Shown here: in pieces, positions 1-11,290 of the stretch
Layout of the letters: each line of letters opens with the position of its first letter
Numbering within the stretch: the first letter of the stretch is position 1
Source of the DNA: Octopus sinensis
Taxonomy: Eukaryota
Direction of reading: 5' to 3'
Length of the DNA: 64,000 bases
NCBI RefSeq assembly: GCF_006345805.1
Contig: NC_043013.1
Location: 6,510,001 to 6,574,000, forward strand
Translations under genes and position numbers: made by a program
Notes under the pieces: generated by a model
What the model saw: only the letters and a program-made list of their open reading frames with translations
Database searches by the model: none
What the model was told of the DNA's origin: nothing

Positions 1-727
1 TTTTTTACTACACACATATTTCTGTTACTTTTACAATTTTCTCTAGCGTCTAAGTAACTCTTACTGGTCATTCAAAGATACCCAAGACACGAGGACAGTC
101 GATTTCTTACAACATAGAAGCTGTGTTTGTACCAGCCTCTAATAAATCTAAATTGTTATGGTAAAACAGTTTTCATCTTTTTCTACACACCTGACACGCT
201 AAAAGCCTAAAGAGAAGGTACCTGAGGACTCTCCTCTTTGACCCACCCAAGAATAATGTGTGGAGAAAATGGCTGACTTGTTGGCTGACAGACTGCTTTA
301 ATTCATAGAATTCGTGTTATTTGGCCACGCTCTTTGTCTGAAAACACTTCTGTTTCCAGATTATTACTTGAACTAAGTCTATGTTTAAATATGCACTTAG
401 TATGTATGTAAATTTAAAATCTAAGTATTTTCTTAGATTATAAACTTACATATATACCAAGTGTAGGTTTCTAATCAGTTGATCATAAGATACCAAATAC
501 ACATGTGTGTAAGGTGCAAACGTAGTCTGTTAATACGCGAGTGAGTCTTCGTGGTAAGTCTGCCGGCTACAAGTGAGATGTGCAACGGGGATCATGGTGC
601 TTACAATGCAAGTAGGTCTGCAAAATGTGCTCTCGTACAAGTAAGTTTGTTGAATTTTCATAATGTAACTCTGCAGAAAACGAAATGAAATGAACAATCA
701 TGTTAATGTTTTGCAAAATTGATGAAT

Positions 728-1107
728 GTGACTAACTGTTGAACCCAGCGTTGCTCCTGTTTTCCGCGTTGAAGTTAAGTCCACCTCTGACCTTGTTTTG
801 AATAAGCATTTCCTTAGAGACTATTCTATTGATTTTGTTGAAATTTTACATGTGAAAAAATGCAAAAGCTGCAGGAAAAATAACATCTTTATGAAAATTT
901 CCATTGAAACGTCCGATTGAACTCACAAAAATCGATGCCAACTAAGTATTATCGAGTATTCGAAAAATGCCGGTCTTATTTGAACTTCAGGGTATGGGAT
1001 CTACCTATGTGCCAAAAATCATTAAAATCGGTTGGAAGATGTGGGAGGAGTTAAAGTAACCCGCCGACACACACACACAGACACTATTACACATTTATGT
1101 ATATAGA
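728..1107 (+). mobile_element. Probable non-autonomous Helitron/Helentron-like element
   Basis: 5' ACTAAC...CCCAGCGTTGCTCC start, internal aaatcattaaaatcggtt motif, (AC)n, and 3' ...gtatatagat end, as typical of such elements. Confidence 0.35.
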
Positions 1108-1844
1108 TTTGCTTTCATGCTACAGCGTATTCTTAATGAATGCTAATTAAAATATCGTCTCAGGTCACTATCAACCCTTGCCACTTTATTAGTGACTGGC
1201 TCGAACTCCACGAAAAAGAACTAAAATGAATCTGAAAGAAAAAATAAACGTACGTACACACAGAGACACACAAATACACATACGACATACACGTAGATAC
1301 AGAAAAGTAAATAGAGACGAAATAAAGAAGAAACAATGGGACACCCAATGTACATCAGTTGAAAACGAATAAGTTTATTCAGTTGTTTAAATTCATTTAA
1401 AAATATAGAATTGCGTTAAACATTTTGGAGATAAGTTTTATTGGCGGAATTCGAACGCAGAACGTAAGGACGGGCGAAATGCTGCTAAGTATTATTGCTC
1501 GACGTGCTAACGAATCTGCCAACTCGCTGCATTATAGTTAGTACTAATAATAATCCTTTCTACTGTAAGCACAGGGCCTGAAATTTGGGGGGAGGGGGAC
1601 TAGTCGATTACATGAACCCCAGTGCGTAACTGGTACTTAATTTATTGACCCTGAAAGGATGAAAGGCAAAGTCGACTTTATACTAATAACAGCATGAGAA
1701 TAATCATGTTGGAAGAACATCGTAAAAAAACACCTGAGCACACCGTTAACATTACATGTCTCTGGTCCTTAATCTGGGCAGTGACACCTTCTTGGGAGAA
1801 TTGTCGGCTCACAAGGCGTTGATGAATGCCAAATGGGAGCGCTG

Positions 1845-1877
<33 letters not shown>

Positions 1878-2384
1878 GGATTGTGATATTCTTTTAGAAA
1901 TAAGACGTATAAATTCTTTTCTACTCTAGGCATAAGGCCGGAAATTTTTGGGAAGGGGACAGTTGATTAGATCGACCTCAGTACGCAACTGGTACTTAAT
2001 TTATCGACCCCAGAAGGATGAAAGACAAAGTCAACCTCGGCAGAATTTGAACTTTGAACGTAAAGACAGGCGAAATGCTGCTAAGTATTTCGCACGGCGT
2101 GCTAACGTTTCTGTCAGATAAATTTATTCGTCTCCCACCCCTTTGAATTAATACGAAAAATACTATTTATTTTTATCGCACGTTTTATTTTTGTAGCTCC
2201 ATTCTTCGTCTTCAACTTTTGCTTATCGTTTATGAAATTTGATTAAATTCTACCTCTTTTCAGGCATTTAACGATGGAGTGTCAAGTAGGTTATAAGCGA
2301 ACGAATTTATCTGACAACCCAATAATTTCAATATAGAAATCTTCGATTTCATTTGTTTGGGGGAGGGCTTGTATAATAAGGTGT

Positions 2385-2625
2385 GGAGGCGCGTGGCTTA
2401 GTGATTAGGGTGTTGAACTCATGATCGTAAGGCTGTGGTTTCGATTCCTGGACCGGGCGATGCGTTGTGTTCTTGAGCAAAACACTTCATTTTCACGTTG
2501 CTCCAGTCCACTCAGCTGGCAAAAATGTGTAATCCTGCGACGGACCGGTGTCCCATCCAAGTGGGGGATTTCTACGCCACTGAAACCGGGAAACCGGCCC
2601 TTATGAGCGTGGCATGGCTCGAGAA
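2385..2625 (+). mobile_element. tRNA-derived SINE
   Basis: A/B-box-like head (gtggcttagtg...gtttcgattcct) followed by gtgttcttgagcaaaacactt core; related copies at 19965-20180 and 28862-29062 (minus strand). Confidence 0.8.
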
Positions 2626-3430
2626 GGAACATTTTATATAATAAGGTAGGGGTACAAGCCCATGCAAATATTTAGAAAAAGAAAAAAAAGTGGAGAGGGG
2701 GGGCATATGAGGGTAGGATGAGATATCAGAAGATTAAATAGATTATAAACCACTGGGTTAAACGAGCTTCTTATAATCTGCTGGTTTTTATTTTCGCAAA
2801 ACACGAGGAAGGAGCATTTGTAAATCGCCATTCTCTGAAAGCGGCCGAAAAATGTCAGGCATAACTGACAGAAAACATAACTGATGTTACGGGAAGGTCT
2901 GTTTTTATTATTTAAGTCCTTATCTTCTTTAGTAGAGCTAGGGTATATACGACGGGGAAAGGTCACCAATGCATGCAAATATATATAAAAAAAAGAGAAA
3001 ATAGAAGTATATATTGGATGGGTGGAAGATTGATTTAAAATTTTAGCACAAAGCCAGCAATTTTGGGGAAGAGATAAGTCGATTACATCGACCACAGTGT
3101 TAAACGGATATTTTATCGATTCCGAAAGGATGAAAGGCAAAATCGATCTCGGCGGCATTTGAATAGGATGGATGGATGGATGGAATATCAAAAAATCACA
3201 TCGATTATAAACTGTATAAAATTAGCTTCTTAGTTGCTGATTGATTTTCTTTTCTTTTTTTTTTCTGTTTTTTTTTTTTTTTTTTGCAAATCACACGGAG
3301 AGAGTAGCTGTAAAGCAGCTTTCAGAGAAAGGAGTCCTGAGCTAAGAATGAGTGAAAACCCCTGAAAAGGAAGGCAATACCAAATGTAACCTGTCATTAC
3401 TTGCAGCGGACTCTTGCAAAGATAAGACAG

Positions 3431-4817
3431 TTAATGTTGGCGAAACCCGTTCATCTCTTTTTCTATTAGAATATCGTTTATAGGCTTCATCCAAATCGTG
3501 AAATGCCTCAAGAGATGCGAAGATTTGACAATTTCCATTCCGTGGATGAGGTGGGTCTTTTTGGTAACATTACCAAATACTTTTGCTACAAAATGTAGAT
3601 GATTGACAGTATAGGTTCTTCTGGGTAAAGCCAGTCGAACGTATTCAAAAGGGTGAGTGTGTTTCGACCCGTCTGGAGATTCACCAAACATTATATTACC
3701 GATTTCTCCGCATCGAATTCCACCTTCAATATATACGGCACAAGTAAGAGACCATGCAGGATATTTATCGAATTCTAGATGCGGAAACGCTTCATTTGCC
3801 TTCACATAAACTGCGTGTGCACCGACCGGTTTAAAGACCGGAATGTTATTGTCCTCCAAGAAATCAGCCAACAACTTTGCTTGATAAATTCTTGACCGAA
3901 GGTAATTTTCGTTCATGGCTTCAGAAATTCCTACAGTGCATGCAGCAAGATTTGCCCCAGTTATTCCACCAAATGTTGAATAACCACTTTGGTATTCGAC
4001 TACATCAAAGATTTCTTGGGCCCATTTATCGTCGTTGAAAGCCAAAAATCCACCTTCGTTGCTTATACCATCCTTCTTAAGAGACATAGTTGCTCCATCG
4101 AAATGAGAAAACATTTCATGTGCAATATCTATGATGGTGTGCTTTGAATATTTCTCGTGTAAGGTCTTGATAAAATAAGCATTTTCAACGAAACGACACG
4201 CATCCATGAAAACCGGGATATTATTTGTTCTACATAACTTCGTTATTACTTCTATATTTTCCATACTTACTGGAGCTCCAGCTACAACATTATTGGTGCA
4301 GGTAATTATTACAAGATGAATCCTCGATCCAAATTTATCTAGCGATTCCCTGAATTTTTCCACATCGATATCTCCCATAAACTTAGAAGAGGGGGTTGCT
4401 AAGTCTATCCCCATTGCACCAGATGATTCGACGTGTGCACGTGTTGTATCAAACAATGAATTGCTCAGTACAACGCTGTTTTTATTCAGTAACAGTTTTG
4501 CTACCAATCCTTCTGCCCCTCTGCCTTGATGAACAGGGAATACATGTTTGAATTGCGTAATATGTCTGATGGTGCGTACAAACTGTACGACGTATTCCGA
4601 GTTAATGGTTGAATGGCCAGCGCTTATCATGGCGGACCACTGAGCTGCGCTTTGACTCCCAGTGCCAGAATCTGTCAGCAGATCAATGAATATATCATCA
4701 GATTTCAAAAGGAATGGATTGTAATGGGCTTTCTTCAGGCAATTCACGCGGTCTTCTCTTGAGATCAGCTTGGTGGGATAAAAAACCTTGATTTTGTAAG
4801 GTTCCATAGCGTGGAGA
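3431..4817 (-). CDS. tnaA-like: Tryptophanase/tyrosine phenol-lyase family PLP enzyme, paralogue A (single large coding exon; ORF 3431-4807, 458 aa from MEPYKI)
   Basis: Family motifs EPYKIK, YNPFLL, FIDLLTDSGT, HQGRGAE, NSLFDTTR, MDACRFVENAYFIK, MSLKKDG (PLP Lys codon 4073-4075), IRCGEIG, VRLALPRRTYT, LRHFT. Polypyrimidine+CAG acceptor (tttttttttctttctctttgccag) ends at 4818; in-exon ATG has Kozak context gctATGG. Confidence 0.95.
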
Positions 4818-4877
4818 CTGGCAAAGAGAAAGAAAAAAAAAAGGAAATTAAGTTTAAAAAACTGTGTACAAGCTTGT

Positions 4878-6180
4878 CATGTGTGTGTGTGTGTGTGTTT
4901 GTGTGTGTGTGTTTGTGTTTGTGTGTTGTGTGTGTGTGTGTGTGTGTGTTTGTGTGTGTGTGTTTGTGTGTGTGTTTGTGTGTGTGTGTTTGTGTGTGTG
5001 TGTTTGTGTGTTGTGTGTGTGTGTGTGTGTGTGTTTGTGTGTGTGTTTGTGTGTGTGTGGTGTGTGTTGTGTGTGTGTGTGTTGTTGTGTGTGTGTGTTT
5101 GTGTTGTGTGTGTTTTGTGTGTGTGTGTGTGTTTTGTGTGTGTGGTGCGTGTGTTTGTGTGTGTGTGTTTGTGTGTGTGTTTGTGTGTTGTGTGTGTGTG
5201 TGTGTGTGTGTTTTGTGTGTGTGTGTTTGTGTGTGTGTTGTGTGTGTGTGAGTGTGTTTTGTGTGCGTGTGTTTGTGTGTGTGTGTTTGTGTGTGTGTGT
5301 TTGTGTGTTTGTGTGTGTGTGTTTGTGTGTTTGTGTGTGTGTGTGTTTGTGGTGTGTTTGTGGTGTTTGTGTGTGTGTGTTTGTGTGTTGTGTGTTTGTG
5401 TGTGTGTATTTGTGTGTGTGTTTGTGTGTGTATGTGTTTGTGGTGTGTGTGTCTGTGTGTTTTGTGTGGTGTGTTTTTGTGTGTGTGTATTTGTGTATGT
5501 TTGTGTGTGTTGTTGTGTGTGTGTTGTTTGTGGTGTTTGTGTGTGTGTGTGGTTTGTGTGTTTTGTGTTGTGTGTGTTTGTGTGTGTTTTGTGTGTGTGT
5601 GAGTGTGTTTTGTGTGTGTGTGCGTGTGTTTGTGTGTGTGTGTTTGTGTGTGTGTTGTGTGTTGTGTGTGTGTGTGTGTGTGTTTTGTGTGTGTGTGTTT
5701 GTGTGTGTGTTTGGTGTGTGTGTGAGTGTGTTTGTGTGCGTGTGTTTGTGTGTGTGTGTTTGTGTGTGTGTTTGTGTGTTTGTGTGTGTGTTTTGTGTGT
5801 TTGTGTGTGTGTGTGGTTGTGGTGTGTTTTTGTGTGTTTGTGTGTGTGTTTTGTGTGTGTGTGTGTTTGTGTGTGTGTATTTGTGTGTGTGTGTTTGTAT
5901 GTGTTTTGTGTGTGTGTGTCTGTGTGGTTTGTGTGTGTGTGTTTGTGTGTGTGTATTTGTGTATGTTTGTGTGTGTTGTTGTGTGTGTGTTGTTTGTGGT
6001 GTTTGTGTGTGTGTGTGGTTTGTGTGTTTTGTGTTGTGTGTGTTTGTGTGTGTGTTTGTGTGTGTGTGTGTTTGTGTGTGTGTTTGTGTGTGTGTGTGTG
6101 TTTGAGTGTGTGTGGTGTTTGTGTGAGTGTGTTTTGTGTGTGTGGTGTGTTTTCGTGTTGTGTGTGTGTGTGTGTGTGTT

Positions 6181-6214
<34 letters not shown>

Positions 6215-6236
6215 TGTGTGTGTTTGTGTGTGTTTG

Positions 6237-6272
<36 letters not shown>

Positions 6273-6290
6273 TGTGCGTGTGTGCGTTTT

Positions 6291-6321
<31 letters not shown>

Positions 6322-6368
6322 TTGTGTGTTTGTGTGTGTGTGTTTGCGTGTTTGTGTGTTTGTGTGTG

Positions 6369-6399
<31 letters not shown>

Positions 6400-6400
6400 A

Positions 6401-6437
<37 letters not shown>

Positions 6438-6460
6438 GTGTGTGCGTGTACTTGTCTGTG
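4878..6460. repeat. About 1.6-kb degenerate (GT)n/(GTTT)n microsatellite mosaic in the intron upstream of paralogue A
   Basis: Direct inspection; source of all the His/Thr- and Cys/Val-repeat ORFs. Confidence 0.97.
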
Positions 6461-7995
6461 CCTGCGCTTGCCTGTGTGTGTTCGTACACACATACGAACA
6501 CCCACCCACACACCCACCCACACACATGCACTCCCATGTCCCTATACTTGCATTGGGCGTTTGTGGTGTGGTTTCCATAACGATTCCCAAATGACAACCA
6601 ATTCGCGTGTTTGTCGTAACACTGCGTCTCCCTGTAAAGACCCCCCCCTTTGGACATGAATGACCATGGGATTGCACCTAGAAAGTCCCCCCCCCCACAC
6701 GACACAAATCCGGGCAAGGTTGTTTTCGGAACACCAGTAGTCGCCCATGCATACCAGTCTCCCTTTCTCCATGTCACTGATGTCATCCAAGGGAAAGGCA
6801 AAGGGGCCGATACAGCTTGGCACTTGTGACATAGCAACTCATTTCTACAGACGAGAGAACTGGAGCACTATGAAATAAAGTGTCTTGCTCAAGAACACAA
6901 AACACACAGCCCAGTCCGAGAATTGAACTCACTACCTCATACTTGTGAGCCCGACACTCTAACTACTGAGCCATGCGCCTTCACTATAAAGACCCCTTTC
7001 AGTCGTGAATGACCATGGGATGTAGTGACAAGGTTTTCATACTTGCATACATGCAAGTATAGTCAGACCAGGGGTTTCATCCCAGGCTGATGAGACCGAT
7101 GTAATCTAGTATGACCGCCTGTTCCGTTGCACGCTCTCCCTTCTCCAGCTCTCTCTTCTCCGTTTGTCTGAGAATTAGTCCTATAACTCTATGATTCCAT
7201 GAGTTGGGAAAAGTGAGTTTCGGATCAGACGGCCCACGTAAGTTGGAATTTCTCCGTTTTGACGGGAATTAAAAAAAATATTTTTCAACAAAGTCTTCCG
7301 AATGACGGGAGACGTCTTTTCACGACGAAAAAAAAAAAAAGAAAAAATTTTGAAAAATTAATTTTTTTCACTCGCACCCCAGTCCGAAACGATAATTTTT
7401 TCTTTCACTACGCACTTAAAACCCATGAGAAAAACATTTTCGGTTAAAAAAAACCAAAATTGTCAATAATTTCAGAGGAAAATGCGTGATTTAAGGGAGA
7501 TCTGGCTGTTGTTTCTAGCACACCTCAAGACCTCCCTCCTCGTTTCTTTCTCACTCACACATCTATTGATATTTTTCAATATCTTTTCGCCATAAACAAA
7601 TTTTATGGAATGATGTTATCAAAGTAACTCACGTGTAGTCCCAACCGTGCGAGGCCGTGTTAAGCGCGCGCGCGCGCGCGTGTGTGTGTAAGAAAAAACC
7701 TCACCTATAAACATCTTTAGTGTTCATTTTAATCTCTCAAACGTAATGCTTATTTGTTCACTTTATTTAGAATTATTCAGGTTCAAGATTGGCGTCCACA
7801 ATATTTGCTTGTAACTTTGTAAATATTTTACATACAGATTTGAAATTTTGTCAGTGGATGCTTTATATACCACTGGTTTATAGTTACATAATTTTAGCTG
7901 ATCTTACTTTTATGGGCAGGTAAATTTAATTAACAGGTATAAAAGCAATAACATTATGGATAAACACTAAAATTGAAATTCTTAATGCATCTTAC

Positions 7996-8508
7996 CTGTT
8001 TGATTTGTTACTATAATTATCCCAGATGGCAACCGACAAAACTCGCTGCAAACCTGCCGCAAGCCACTTTTTTCCGGAAAAGAAATGTGGGAGGGGTAGT
8101 GGAAACCTCGAAGTTCTCCACCAAGGGAGCTTTTTCTTTTCCAGGTTATTTTGCTTGCTTTCAACGAATATGACATCGAGATCACACGTAAACGGCTCCT
8201 TTTTCCAGAAAAGGAAAGATTTGACTGCTATTTCTAGCATACTCTGCTCCCACGTAACAGCTATTTGCATTCACACTGAAATATTTTCGTTTACACCGAA
8301 ATATTTACCAACATTTTCTTTCCATTTATTTTTTCCACTATGAAAATCAGTATTTTCTCTGTTGATATCCACCTCAGCGAGATCACGGATCAAGTGGAAA
8401 CACATCAAACGTTGTTCCCTCTTGACAGAACAAAGAAATTTCCTGCTGTCTTTGCAAACAACAAGCGGGTGGATTTGGTTTCAAATCCAGGCAGGACCGA
8501 AAGAGGTC
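7996..8508 (-). other. Candidate upstream exon of paralogue A (5' UTR and/or 91-codon N-terminal extension 8270-7996)
   Basis: Non-repetitive, relatively GC-rich segment bounded by tttgcag| (8509) and a strong donor CAG|GTAAG (7995). The frame from ATG 8270 reaches the donor in phase 2, matching the phase-2 acceptor at 4817. Confidence 0.5.
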
Positions 8509-8794
8509 CTGCAAATTATTTATAATAAGTGGCGTTATATCGGGGTTGAAAGAATGTCATGTACAGTATTAAATATGCTAAAACAATCTGAAAACTACAG
8601 AAACTTTCAAGCGTTTACCAGATTTTATGAGATTTTTGGGTTTAACTGACTTGAGTTAACGGAAGCTAAATGTAACGAAAGTTAATTAGTCCGATAATGA
8701 TTTTCAAAGTTAGCTTAAAAGTTAAATCGTTACCGAAAATGCTAACTTCATTAATTAACGATTAACAGATTTAACGGACTTACGCCCAGCTCTG

Positions 8795-9035
<241 letters not shown>

Positions 9036-9077
9036 TATATCTCTCTTCTTTCTCTCCCCTTCTCTCCTCCCCCCCCC

Positions 9078-9108
<31 letters not shown>

Positions 9109-9435
9109 CATATATAAATAAAATATTAGGGAATAAATCCAAACTTACAAGGAAAAATCAGATTTAGCATTAAATCCAATTTTATAGTATAAATATATTA
9201 TATTATATTATAATAAATTAGAGATAAAACCACTATTAGGCAAATCAAACAATGAAAAACATAAGCCAATACATAAAATTAATTAATTTATATTATTTTA
9301 AATATATATCAAAAGTATTAAAAGTTTAATAAAAGATAAAGAGTAAAACATAAAATTAATTAATTTTATGTATTGGCTTATATTTTTCATTGTTTGATTT
9401 GCCTAATAGTGGTTTTATCTCTAATTTAATATAAT

Positions 9436-9521
<86 letters not shown>

Positions 9522-9966
9522 AGGTAAGCAGAGTTAGCGGATATAGTAACCAACTATGGGATAAAATATCCGCAGTATTTCCTATCGGTATCAGTTACCC
9601 ATGCTATCGCTGGGTGTGGGTATGCAGGCACACTATGCTCGTTGGGTACAGGTAAGAACAGAATAAACAAAAGTAAAGCAGGAATCAGATTTAAATAATC
9701 CAAAAAATGGAGAAAACTTTAGAACCGCGAGTCCGCTGCCCTAACCGCTGGGCCATTGCACCTCCACACAAATGCTGATAGAACAGCAGAGAATGGATAA
9801 AATATTCATACAAAGCGGGAAAATATGTCAGCAACCATGTGGTTATTATATTTTCCTGCTTTATACGGATATTTTATCCTGTCTCTGCTGTTCTATCAGT
9901 GTTGTGCGTTTGAAAATGTATTATTATCTAATTTGTATCTCTTCTATATATATATATATAATATAT

Positions 9967-10004
<38 letters not shown>

Positions 10005-10209
10005 AGATACAAAAAGATAATAATATATAAGTAGCTTATATATGAGAAAAAGATCAGTATATATTAGATCAGTGATATATTTATAGAAGGTTGATAGTTA
10101 TGCCTGATCAGAGAGTGACCGTTAGTTTCGCTCCTATAAAGCGCTTAGCTGTATAGGTGACGTTTTTTCTCTCTCCTGTTGTAGAGAGGTTATATGCCTC
10201 CGGCCATTT

Positions 10210-10269
10210 GAGTCTGACGAGTCGCTTATAGAGCTAAGCGCTTTATAGGTGCGAAACCAATGGCCACTC
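10210..10269 (+). ncRNA. Type I hammerhead ribozyme motif (U16.1 mutated to C in this copy)
   Basis: gagt CTGACGA g[12-bp stem II]c GAAA cc aat gg cc actc. Stem I is gagt/actc; the inverted partial copy at 10084-10155 retains the GTC cleavage triplet. Confidence 0.65.
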
Positions 10270-11040
10270 TCTGAACGGCCATACCTATCAACCTTCTACG
10301 CACACGCACACACACACACACACACACATACACACACACACGCACACACATACACACACATACACACACATACACACACACACACATACACACACACACA
10401 CAATTAATATAATCAGCTAGGTGCAATATCATACCATAAAGGAAAATTCCATAATTTTAATAATAATTATAACCTAGAAGGTTTTTCTTCTTCTCATGCT
10501 GCCACTTGGTTTGATCGTTAAATAACGGTCATATCCTTATCTATATAAAAATTTATACATATTCACTTCGTCGCTATATTCACCGCGGTGGTATTTTGAC
10601 CATATATCACATGGGTTCTATTTTCGAATAGGGCAGCCCCGCGTTTTCCCTTTATAGTATTTTGTCGTCTCATTTTCAATGTGACAAAGGCATGTCATTA
10701 TTTTTAAAAGGCTAAATACCATTAGCATAATAAATGATAAATATTTTATCACAACGTCTTCCAAAATTAGAAATTACTTCCGTGGAATTATTATTCTTTT
10801 TCTTAAAGAGTTGATAAAGCAATAGTAAAAATCACGAGAAAAATATCTTTGAGTTTCCAAATACATTTTATTTCCTTGTTTGTTATTATAATATACTAAC
10901 ACGATGTTTTAGTTGAAAAGATTTTGTAAAAGCAATCAATATTTAAGAATGTAATGGCCAAATATTTTTTGTTAGAAGGAGATAGAGCTCGATCAATAGG
11001 CAGTTATATATATATTATATATATATAATATATATATATT

Positions 11041-11091
<51 letters not shown>

Positions 11092-11290
11092 TATATATGT
11101 ATATAATATATATATATATATATATATCCTAGATTAGCCTTAATTGAACTGGGACTAACTGCATATTATCTGTTCTTTTTAAGGCATTCGAGACTACATT
11201 ATCGGATTATCTCATCCATTTTAAGAGGAGTGTAATTCAAATGAGAGGTTGGTATTCCTAAGCAGGCGTTGAGTGGTTAATACTGGTCTG

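Noticed and set aside
1160-1231. Minus-strand acceptor (ttttttctttcag) with a short reading frame
   Set aside because: No recognisable protein similarity, and isolated acceptor-like sequences are common in this AT-rich DNA.
2634-3191. 185-aa minus-strand ORF with FPRRIY resembling the lyase PRRTY motif
   Set aside because: The ORF runs through SINE and low-complexity sequence, and the similarity is limited to a few residues.
4765-6837. Long His/Thr-rich and Cys/Val-rich ORFs (up to 690 aa), and the many Y/I, C/V, poly-F/R/L ORFs elsewhere
   Set aside because: Translations of (CA/GT)n, (TA)n, (TATC)n, (GAA)n and (AAT)n microsatellites, which lack stops in several frames.
7080-7130. CTGATGA at about 7088 as a hammerhead
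   Set aside because: No downstream stem II-GAAA-NUH arrangement.
8271-8405. uORF as a TnaC-like tryptophan-sensing leader peptide
   Set aside because: No TnaC W-x3-D...P-stop signature, and the bacterial Rho/ribosome-stalling mechanism does not apply.
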